Below, in pieces: positions 1-9,805 of a stretch of 64,000 nt of DNA; the stretch's first letter is position 1; every line of letters starts with the position of its first letter. The translations under genes were made by a program, and so were the position numbers. The notes under the pieces were generated by a model. The model saw nothing but the letters and a program-made list of their open reading frames with translations. It was not told the DNA's origin and did not search any database. Source of the stretch: Scyliorhinus canicula (taxonomy: Eukaryota). The stretch lies in the NCBI RefSeq assembly GCF_902713615.1, contig NC_052153.1, positions 20,723,323-20,787,322 of the forward strand. Direction: 5' to 3'.

Positions 1-282
1 TGGCAGGCGAGAAGGTGAACCCCCCTCTGCACTTGCGCTGGGATGACATCAGCAGTCGCTGACGCCCCAGCGCATGCGCGGACCTGCGCCGGCTGGCGGA
101 GTCCCTTCAGCCCTGGCTGGCGCAGCGCAAAAGGCCTTCCACGCCGGCCGGCGGGGCGCAAACCACTCCAGCGCCGGCCTAGCCCATCCTCCGCACCTTT
201 GGGGCGGCCCAACGCCGGAGTGGTTCCCGCCACTCCACTGCGCGTTTCTGCCCGCCCCGCCAATTCCCGGAGAATCCCACCC
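1..282. mobile_element. End of GC-rich non-autonomous TIR element (Harbinger-type MITE)
   Basis: Ends ggagaatcccaccc, the terminal motif shared with similar elements at about 38893-39435 and 48400-49290. Confidence 0.6.
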
Positions 283-564
283 AAAGTACTCATTGAGAAC
301 CCTGCCCACATCTTCTGCATCAATATACATCTCTGATAATCCCTACCCTTTCCTCAGTTATTCTCTTGCTCTGAATGTATTGATAAAAATCCAGCTCGCA
401 TTTTTTAATATTCTCTCCTTGCTTTCCTAATATCATTTTTTACTTCACCCCTGTCCTTTCCATACTCCTCTTGGCTTTCCACAGTATTAAGCTTTGTGTG
501 ACTGTCATAAGTTTGCTTTTTATGCTTTATCTTGCCCCGTATGCTTCTGGATAACCAGGGGGCT

Positions 565-890
565 CAGCATTTCTGCCTCACAGCGCCAGGGAACCGGGTT
601 CAATTGTGGCCTTGGATGACTGCGCGGAGTCTGCATGTTCTCCCCGTGTCTGCGTGGGATTTCTCCGGGTGCTCCGGTTTCCTCCCACAGTCCAAAGATG
701 TGCAGGTGAGGTAGATTGGCCGTGGTAAATTGGCCCTTAGTGTCCAAAGATGGGCAGGTCAGATGGAGTTATGGATAGGTTGGGGGGGGGGGGGGGGGGG
801 GCCCTTGGTAGGGTGCTCTTTCAGAGGGTCAGTGCAGATTCTATGGCCAGAATGGCCTCTTTCTGCAGTGTAATCCTGTGGATTCTATGG
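565..890 (+). mobile_element. HE1/V-SINE-type tRNA-derived SINE
   Basis: Core gtgtctgcgtggg..ctccgggtgctccggtttcctcccacagtccaaagatgtgcagg and a CR1-like tail. Confidence 0.85.
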
Positions 891-1201
891 AGCTCTAGAT
901 GTTGCAGTATCGCTCTTTTTCTTGTGTGGCATGTTTACACTACACTTGTAGAATCTTGCTCTCGAATGTCTCCCACTGATGTGGTACTGTTTTCCCTATT
1001 AGACGTTCTATCCAGTCCACTCTCGCCAGCTCATCTCTCAGCTTTGTAAACTCTGTGTTCCACCAATTAAGAACTTTTACATCCTGTTCTGTCTTAGACC
1101 TTTCTAAATCTAACTATGTTATGGTCAACCTTGCCAAAATGGTTCCCCACTGCTACTTCATCCACTTGCCCAGCTTCCATTCCCAAGACTAAATCTACAA
1201 T

Positions 1202-1385
1202 TGGGGCTGGTTTAGCTCACTCGGCTAAATCGCTGGCTTTTAAAAAGCAGGCCAGCAGCACGGTTCGATTCCCGTACCAGCCTCCCCGGACAGGTGCCGG
1301 AATGTGGCAACAAGGGGCTTTTCACAGTAACTTTATTGAAGCCTACTCGTGACAATAAGCTATTTTCATTTCATTTCATTTTCAA
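1202..1385 (+). mobile_element. tRNA-derived SINE with (TTTCA)n tail
   Basis: ggggctggtttagctca head with A/B boxes (ggttcgattccc). Related copies at 8075-8390 and 40440-40600. Confidence 0.8.
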
Positions 1386-2479
1386 TTGCACCCACTTTAG
1401 TTGGGCTGGCTAAAAAGTCCTCTTGAATGCAATTCAAGAATTTTGCGGTCTGTGTCCTTCACACTGTTCGCATCCCAATTAATATTAGGCTAGTTGAAGT
1501 CCCCAATGATTACTGCCCTATTGTCTTTACTTTCAGAAGTCTGTCTACATATTTGCTCTCCCACTATTTGGGGTCTGTTGTACAGTTCTACCAATGTGAC
1601 TGACTGATAGAAATTGACTATTCTAGTCAGATATAAAAGGTTTAAATGAAAACTTATTAAGAATAAATTAACTATAATCATATTAGGCATTATTTCAGCG
1701 CAACTATAGCTGGGAATCCGCTAAGGGTTAATCCAGATAATACTCTCAATTTCTCACATTTTACAAGTTGTTCGAGACTAGCTTAAGATTGTAAGAACAG
1801 TGACATCAACTAGCTAAAAGGCTCCATTGTTATACAGTAAAGAACTGGTAGTTCCGTCTCTATAGTAATAACCAGTCTGAGGCTGATATTTTCTTAGCGA
1901 AAACTGTTTTTCTCCAATAATGACTACATGCAGGTGTGGATATGTTGGAAAATTGGCAAGCGATGGAATGAGAAATTGGCACCAATATAGTCAAATACAT
2001 ATATTTCTTAAAATTGATAGACAGACAGTTTGGCCGAATTAAGTGAATTATAAATTAGTTAAAGCCAATCGGGGTGAAAAAAAGGCGAGACCTTAAAATA
2101 ATAATTTCCTTAAGAATAACTTACCTGGGATGGAAAAACTCATTCCGGAATCAATCTATCTTTTTCTAAAACCTATTTCCTCGCTGCCTTTGCTAAATCG
2201 CCATCTTTCTTTTGTTTAAATCAGTCAGTCATTTTATACTGTGTATTATGATTTGAAGAATTACCACGACCTGTATTTTAAAACTCAACCACTGTATTCA
2301 TTAAAGACAATCAATCAAGCTTGCTAAAGGGCTAGTCGGAAGTCTCTTCATGTTGTATTGAAAATAAAGTTGCCAGAGGGCACAACAGCTGACTAATAAA
2401 GTTCCAGTGGACTTTGCCAAAACGCACAGACTTGACCTCTGTTATTTGGGAACTGAGAAGGGATAACGGGTATCCAGGG

Positions 2480-3640
2480 TTCCGAATATACACAGAGATC
2501 CATCACTGACCTTTTTTTATTTTTGATCTCAACCGATACGGCCTCATTTGATCCTTCAATCTGTATAGTGTCCCTCCTTACACCTGTAATTGATTCTTTA
2601 ATCAATAATACAACATTTTAGCCACTCCCTATCCTGTCTGAAAACTCTATATCCAAGGATATTGAGCTGCCATTTTTGTCCCTCTTTATACCAAGTTACA
2701 GTCATAGTAATTGTATTGTGCTGCCTTGTGTCTATCTGGGCCCTCAGTTCATCAGCTTTGTTTGCTAACTCTTTACATTTACAAGTACACCTTTTAGCAC
2801 TGCCAGATTCCTGTGCTGTACACTTTTCAACCTAGTGCTTCTTCTGTTTTTCAGAGTCACTCATTGATTTTCCAATTCCAATTCCTTACTCTGAATTTGC
2901 CCTCAGTTTCCCATTCCTCTGCAAATCTAGATTAAATGTTTCCCCTCCAAGATGCACTCATGAATCTTGCAACGAGGATATTTATTCCAGTCCTTTTCAG
3001 GTGCACCTTTCCCAAATGCCTCAGAAATCCGATGCCCTCCCTCTGATGCACCTTTACAGCTATATGTTTAATCGCTCAATTCTCCCATTTCTATTCTCAC
3101 TAGAATGCAGGACGGGGGGAATCTTGAGATTGCTGCTTTAAAAGAACAAAGTACAAAGAACAAAGAACAATACAGCACAGGAACAGGCCCTCTGGCCCTC
3201 CAAGCCTATACCGGTCATGATACCAACCTTTGCCAAAACCCTAAAGAACAAAGAACAATAGAGGTCTTGTTTATCAATCTCCTCTCTAGTTATCTAAAAT
3301 CTGCTTTCAGGACCTCATCCCCTTTCCTACCTAACTCATAGGTATCAATGTGGAACACGAGCTCTGGCTGATCACCCTCTCCCGAGAAGAATGTTCTCCA
3401 GCTGTTCCATAACAATTGTGACTCTATAACCAGTATGGCAACAAACCACCTTGGAGTATATCCACAGACACAGAAATGCCTATCTGTTTCCCTAAATAAT
3501 GAATCCCCTATAAATAATGTTCTTCCTTCTTTCTCCCCTCCTGTATAGGAGCGCCGCTTATTGTGCAACTAACCTGGCTCTGGCTGCACTCCTCTGAGGA
3601 ACCCTGGTAGCATCCATGACTTCCCACATATTACAGGACA
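2480..3640 (-). mobile_element. Degenerate CR1 LINE 5' part (ORF1 SGNH-esterase-like + start of ORF2)
   Basis: LFIGDSLFRETDRHFC..QPELVFHIDT..GRK matches the esterase-like ORF1 of CR1; EAVSVEIKNKK is endonuclease-like. Confidence 0.75.
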
Positions 3641-4272
3641 CGCATTCCACAAGAACTAGCTGTCCTTCCATAGCTTCAATTTATTTCTCTTACGCTAACT
3701 TTATTTTATTTGGATTTGTGATACTGTTCTATCTTATCTGGCCTTGGCATATTTTGCTTCCCTATTGCCTGTGGGTTCTTACTTAAAATCTTAGTAGCTA
3801 TATCTCTTAAAAACAATCCATTTTTCTCATTTTCATGACGTAAAGACCCTCCCGAGCAGTGGTTTCTCACCAATTAATGAACTTCTGCTGCTCCTGTCAT
3901 CTCACTCTTGGATATTTTCAAACTCAGCCCTCTCGTGCAACTTGTCAACTCCTCGTCTCCTGGAGGCTGAGATAGGTAGAATAAAAGAAAGCAAAGAGCA
4001 TCTCCTTCTCCACCTCACCAAACTCACTCACTCACCACTTTTTGCTGGTGACATCTAACTCAACTAACCCTCTCAGCTCCTCCACTTTATTTGAGAACAC
4101 AGCCTGCTCCGCGTGCATCCATGTGCCGGAGACCTCACGTTCCTCATTCTCGATGAAGATCAGCTCATTCAAACTTCTGCCACTGATATTGTCTGCCTCA
4201 GCAAGACCTGTTTGTTCACCACTGCTGTCCTGACTGATCTGCATTGACCCCTGGTTCACCAGCAACTCGAAA

Positions 4273-4665
4273 TTAGAATCACAGAATAATACAGTGCAGA
4301 AGAGGCCTTTTGGCCCATCCAGTCTGCTCAGAAGCATGAAAGTCACCTGGCCCGACTGCCTAATCACATTTTCCAGCACTTGTTCCAAAGCCTTGAATGT
4401 TATCATGTGCCAAATTCTCATCCAGGTACTTTTTAAAGGATGTGAGGCAACCCGCCCCTACCACCCTCCCGGGCAGTGCATTCCAGACCGTCACCAGCCT
4501 CTGGGTAAAAATGGTTTCCCTCGAATCACCCCTAAACCTCCTGCCTCTCACCTTGAACTTGTGTCCCCCCATGACTAATCCTTCAACTAAGGGGAACAGC
4601 TGCTCCCTATCCACCCTGTCCATGCCCCTCATAATCCTGTACGTCTCAATCAGGTCACCCAAATG
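4273..4665 (-). mobile_element. CR1 LINE 3' end
   Basis: GDLIETYRIMRGMDRVDREQLFP..GHKFKVRG..FTQR.VWNALP, the CR1 ORF2 C-terminus. Confidence 0.9.
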
Positions 4666-5526
4666 TTCATTGTGTATGAATCCTTTCAAGACCTTGTCCC
4701 TCCCTATCTCTGTATTCTCTGACAGCCACACACCCGCAACCCACTTAAGCCGAGTTCTCCTGCCTCTGGTCCTTTTGCATTTCCATTGTCTGCAATTTCC
4801 CAATGAGGGCCATACCTCCAGCTGCCTCAGCCCCTTGCTCCGGAATACTTGCCCAAAACCCCTCTGTCTCCATTAACAGCCTTCTTAAAACCTTTTTTCA
4901 CCTAGTCCTCATATCTCCTGCTTCGACTCGAGATCCATTTGAACCTGATTCAACCTCTGTAAGGTTCCTTGGGTCATTTTCCTATTGTCAGTAGGACCTG
5001 GTATGATTGTAAATCACTCTATTCCATCCCAGAGCCTTTCCGGATGCTGGATAATTGTTGATGTTCAGACTTTTTAAGGAACTTAAATGCGACCCCTCCC
5101 TCAATCAATCAAATTTTCTTTGAAGAAAATGAAAAAAAAGCGGAAACAATTAGAGTTGCAAATATTTTTAATATTTTTGCTATTACGAGCGCGATGACAG
5201 GAACTCGAGTCGTTTATATGGACCCGACTAGAATTATTTTTCTGTGGACTAGCGAATTAATTTAATGGATTTGTTTTCCCAGCACAGAGATACCCCCTGC
5301 CGTTCTACATTCTGGGAATTTGGGGAGAGCTGAGATCATCAAATTTTCCAAACATTGTGGATAAAAAGGAACCCTGCAGCAGCTCTGTGCTTTGCTTCCC
5401 AAAATGCACCGTGAGTAGATGAAAGTCATTGGTCGGTGGCTGAATTTATAAAATGTACCCTTTTGTCTGCTTTGAGTGATTCTGAATCAACAGCTATTGA
5501 ATGCTCCTGGGATACAGTGGGCATCA

Positions 5527-5855
5527 TTATTTGATTAAGCTGCAGGCTGTGGCGATTTCCCTTGTAGTGCAACTGCTATCACAGCATTGGTCAATAATTG
5601 GAATCTGCTTCTTGATCAATTTAGTTTGGGCGAGGGGCTTTGGGAAAACAAACTGCATTGTTTGGTCCCCCTCAACCTGAGGGCCAGCAACATGATAATC
5701 AGGTTCCATCTGCTCTTCCTGGGTGTAGTCATTGCCAAACGATTGCTGTCCATCATAAAACTCATAGTGCTGAAGCCTGTCATCGCCGAACACCCTCCGA
5801 ATTTGCTCTCTGTTCATCTTGAAGTAATCATCCCTGTTTGAGATCTCTGCGGGAT
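5527..5855 (-). CDS. Relaxin/insulin-like preprohormone, coding exon 2 (C peptide + A chain)
   Basis: Acceptor ttgtttctgttccag|ATCCC (AG at 5857-5856). The phase-1 join with exon 1 stays in frame (...PGY-N-PAEISNR...). Ends KK-QIPIIDQCCDSSCTTREIATACSLIK*, the insulin-superfamily A-chain motif CC-x3-C-x8-C after a dibasic site. Full product 165 aa. Confidence 0.93.
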
Positions 5856-6183
5856 CTGGAACAGAAACAAAGTTCCATCTGTGAACGCTCAATCAATGTA
5901 TCAGCATTTTAACTCCATGTTATCATCCCAAAATGGAACATTCACCTCAGAGAGAGTTTACCCATACTTACGTCGATTTAAGTGAACTTTTTTGCCGATT
6001 TAGTTTTTGCCTATTAACCATGCAAATTATTTTCTAATGTTGGTGTTTCTGTTTTTCTATCCTATAGGATGGGCTCAATGATCCCAGCTGGGAGCCTCAT
6101 GCCAGAGGAGTTTGGAGACATTTTGGGGCTGATTCACCAGCCACTGCTCCTGTTATTGTCTATTAAGGATTATTTAATAGGAA

Positions 6184-6385
6184 GGCAGCACGGTGGCACA
6201 GTGGTTAGCATTGCTGCCTCACGGAGTTGATGTCCCAGGTCCGATCCCAGCTCTGTGGAGCTTGTACATTCGCCTCGTGTCTGCGTGGCCTTCGCCCCCA
6301 CAACCCAAAGATGTGCAGGGTAGGTCGATTGGCCACGCAAAATTGTCCTTAATTGGAAGAAATGAATTGGGGACTCGAAATCTAT
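6184..6385 (+). mobile_element. HE1-type SINE (intronic)
   Basis: ggcagcacggtggcacagtggttagca head. Confidence 0.85.
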
Positions 6386-7414
6386 TTTTACAAAAGGATT
6401 ATTTAATAAGGAGGCAAATAGGGGGATTTAGTAATGGAAAAGGGCAGCAGGGAATGGGCATGAATGCAATATTTATGGGGAGAAATCTGCAGCAGGACCC
6501 GTGTGCAACCATCCTGTGCCAGGGAGCAGGAGGCGTGGGTTCTGTCAATGGGGAACATGGAGGGCTTGACTGAACGGCCACATGAAATAACCTTTTTACA
6601 AAGCAGAATCAAACACAGATTTACATCAATGAAATATTCATATGACATGCTGATTTATAATGCACAAACTTCGCTAATCATATACTTAACGTAACTGTGC
6701 TCCTTCATTCTTGTTTGATTTAGTTGGCACCTGATGACGCAAGAATTTTCAAATATTGAAATGGGGTCACACTGGGAAAGGGTTTGGGAAGCACCATGGT
6801 GCAAAACAAACTGGCTCTGCTCCTGATCTGCTATTGTGCCTTGGTGGAAAATCTTTCGTGAGGCTCCCACACATTTGGCAAAGGCATGGTGGTGCAGAGG
6901 GACAAATTCCCAGTTCTCATTGAGCTTTTCAGAACTATTATTATAGGTTTTGTTCTGACATGCTCTATAACTCAGTGATAATTTCAACTCACTTGACCTG
7001 CCAGGAACTGTGCAAGTAAACTTGCGCATTCCAGAAAGTGTGCTGAATTATAGGAAAATAACGTTTAAAGCCGGGTTTAATGTGTTCTCGGTGTGCCTCC
7101 AGAGCCATTTTGCGTTTCCAACTATTTGATTAGTGTTACTCACTCCGCTGGCTGGATTGCACCTCTTCTGTCGATCAGTCCAAGTCAAACTCAATCCTGA
7201 CCCATTACCTTGTGTTGTGAATTATTAACAATGCCAGGCAAGCTCCCAGTGAGACAGCTTGGGAAGGCCTTGCTGCAGATTCCTGGGGGGCTGCCACTGC
7301 AGGACTGTCGCTACAATACTAGAGGAGGTAGCAGAGACTGATCCCTTCAAAGGAAGCTGAGGAGAGGATGTCAGTACGAGACCCTCTTCCCAAATGTAGT
7401 CCTCAGTGACATTA

Positions 7415-7763
7415 CATAGAACATAGAACATAGAACAGTACAGCACAGAACAGGCCCTTCGGCCCTCGATGTTGTGCCGAGCAATGATCACCCCACTCAA
7501 ACACACGTATCCACCCTATACCCATAACCCAACAACCCCCCCCATAACCTTACTTTTTAGGACACTACGGGCAATTTAGCATGGCCAATCCACCTAACCC
7601 GCACATCTTTGGACTGTGGGAGGAAACCGGAGCACCCGGAGGAAACCCACGCACACACGGGGAGGATGTGCAGACTCCACACAGACAGTGACCCAGCCGG
7701 GAATCGAACCTGGGACCCTGGAGCTGTGAAGCATTTATGCTAACCACCATGCTACCGTGCTGC
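7415..7763 (-). mobile_element. HE1-type SINE, full length, young
   Basis: Head plus (TTCTATG)n tail; near-identical to 12288-12640. Confidence 0.9.
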
Positions 7764-8074
7764 CTGGCAGCATTGGGAAGGGGCAGTAACTGGAGAGAAT
7801 GTAAAGAACGTCTGATCATGTCCTCTCATGTGGGACATGCACAGATTCACTTTCAACAGGACAGAGGTCAGAGGTCAGAGACAGGCACCTTATGATTTAT
7901 TCCCCTCCCTTTTCCAAAATTGCTGAGTTCAACTCACTCAGCATTATCGGGGAACTAAACCTGGAATCTACTGTTCTCTGTAATTTACCTCCTTTGCTAC
8001 TGGGCCACATTATCTTTCTTTTAAGTTTAACATTTCACATCATTTAGACTCCAAGTGGGGGGGGGGTGGTCCAC

Positions 8075-8390
8075 AATAATAATAATAATCTTTATTACTG
8101 TCACAAGTAGGCTTACATTAACACTGCAATGAAGTTACTGTGAAAAGCCCTTAGTCGCCACACTCCGGCGCCTGTTCGGGTACACAGAGGGAGAATTAGG
8201 AATGTTCAATTCACCTAACAAGCACATCTTTCGGGAATTGCGGGAGGATACCGAAACACCTGGAGGGAACCCTCGCAGACACGGGGAGAATGTGCAAACT
8301 CCGCACAGATGGTGACCCAAGCGGGAACCGAACCTGGGACCCTGGCGCTGTGGCGCAACAGTGCTAACCACTGTGCCACCGTGCCACCCT
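8075..8390 (-). mobile_element. tRNA-derived SINE
   Basis: gggtggcacggtggcacagtggttagc head, (ATT)n tail. Confidence 0.8.
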
Positions 8391-8475
8391 AGCACGGACA
8401 GCCAGTGAATAATGCCACCAGCATGGGGTTTGATTCCCCCTTTGGCTGAAGTAGACTTGGGGCCCACCTCCCCAC

Positions 8476-8705
8476 NNNNNNNNNNNNNNNNNNNNNNNNN
8501 NNNNNNNNNNNNNNNNNNNNNNNNNNNNNNNNNNNNNNNNNNNNNNNNNNNNNNNNNNNNNNNNNNNNNNNNNNNNNNNNNNNNNNNNNNNNNNNNNNNN
8601 NNNNNNNNNNNNNNNNNNNNNNNNNNNNNNNNNNNNNNNNNNNNNNNNNNNNNNNNNNNNNNNNNNNNNNNNNNNNNNNNNNNNNNNNNNNNNNNNNNNN
8701 NNNNN
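8476..8705. other. Assembly gap (230 N) inside the intron of the relaxin-like gene
   Basis: Run of N. Confidence 0.99.
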
Positions 8706-9062
8706 GGACAATCATTAAACTAAAACTATAGTGTAAAGTAACAGAATTATGCAGCTCATTTCAGAATACAAGTAATTACAATAGATTACAAAATGTAGGT
8801 CTGCCTAATTTACAGAATAGAAATGAAAGGCTGTGGTTCCATGACTTTTAAATAATGGAGGATGCTACCTGAAGGTTCAACCCCTGCATGAATATGTGAA
8901 GACTGACATTCCTTCATGATAATGAAGCTGATAAGGTCATTGTATTCCTGATGCATTGATTTATAAAATCACATCATGTTTTAATTGGAATGACAACAAT
9001 GCATTTTCGGAATCACTGACTATTTCTCTACCTTGGTCAATAGAAGGGAGGTCAATACTCAC

Positions 9063-9231
9063 TATATCCGGGATGGAGGGCTCTCTGGCTAATGCCCCTG
9101 CAGATAGTTACCAGTATTTTGACAAAACTGTGACCACAGAGCTTTGTGAATACCAGACCAGGGTTTAATGTAGAATCTGCAAAGAGTGGCAGCGAGAGCC
9201 CAGTAATCAGGACGAACACCAGACACTTCAT
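9063..9231 (-). CDS. Relaxin/insulin-like preprohormone, coding exon 1 (signal peptide + B chain + start of C peptide)
   Basis: Manual translation from ATG at 9231: MKCLVFVLITGLSLPLFA-DSTLNPGLVFTKLCGHSFVKILVTICRGISQR-ALHPGY. Hydrophobic leader, B-chain motif LCG with C-x11-C spacing, ends at the canonical donor A|GTGAGT (9062-9057), phase 1 (169 nt). Confidence 0.93.
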
Positions 9232-9304
9232 TGCACTTCGTAAACCCGAATAGCTGCTAATTCCTCTCTAGCTCGGACTTCCAGGTTTATCTGTTCCCTG
9301 CCCA

Positions 9305-9311
9305 TTTTATA
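9305..9311 (-). promoter_or_regulatory. TATA box of the relaxin-like gene
   Basis: TATAAAA on the minus strand about 75 nt upstream of the ATG, with an AGATAA (GATA-type) hexamer at 9287-9292. Confidence 0.7.
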
Positions 9312-9805
9312 GCCGTTTTGCCTCCTTACTGTGAAGTTTCATTGTTTGCCATTAACTTTTGTCCCATTTTCTGATGGCTTTTGACATTTTTCCAACACCG
9401 TAAACCCATGAATGTCTTCACTAAACGACAACTCTTTGATTAATATTTAGACTAACCAGCTTCTATCTGTAATTGATATCGAACAGGGAGCTGTAGCAGC
9501 CACAACATCAAGAAGAGTGTAGCTGTAGCAACCACAACATCAAGCTAAGGGCAGCACAAGGAAGACATTACCAATAGTTGTCAAACTGACTACAGCTTTT
9601 AACAATTAAATTGTGCCATTCTCTCCCTTCCCATGGCCTACACTTGGATTCCACTCCGAGGAAGTTGCTTCTTCACAGATGCAATAGATTTGGGTAAACT
9701 TTGCCTGTCGACAGCCACCGAGAGTTACCTTTGTAAATGTACTAATTATGTGACAAAGGAATGGTAAAACAATAATGTATATTCTTTATTAAAAGATAAA
9801 CTATA

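Larger units (their letters stand above)
290..1600 (-). mobile_element. Degenerate CR1 LINE ORF2 (endonuclease region) with SINE insertions
   Basis: The minus-strand ORF ends in AVIIGDFN (APE motif) and the downstream sequence is CR1-like. Confidence 0.7.

Noticed and set aside
1920-2020. tgcaggtgtgg similarity to the A-chain end
   Set aside because: No CC pair and wrong spacing; likely chance.
5856-5892. ORF-track start (MSVHRWNFVSVPD) for the A-chain ORF
   Set aside because: It starts at a non-ATG codon in intron sequence that includes the acceptor; the true N-terminus is exon 1 at 9231.
5972-6010. 39-nt candidate internal exon ending in a GTAAGT donor
   Set aside because: Inclusion introduces a TAA stop in the phase-1 frame.
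6184-6260. tRNA-like sequences at SINE heads
   Set aside because: They are Pol III promoter heads of SINEs continuing into SINE bodies, not tRNA genes.
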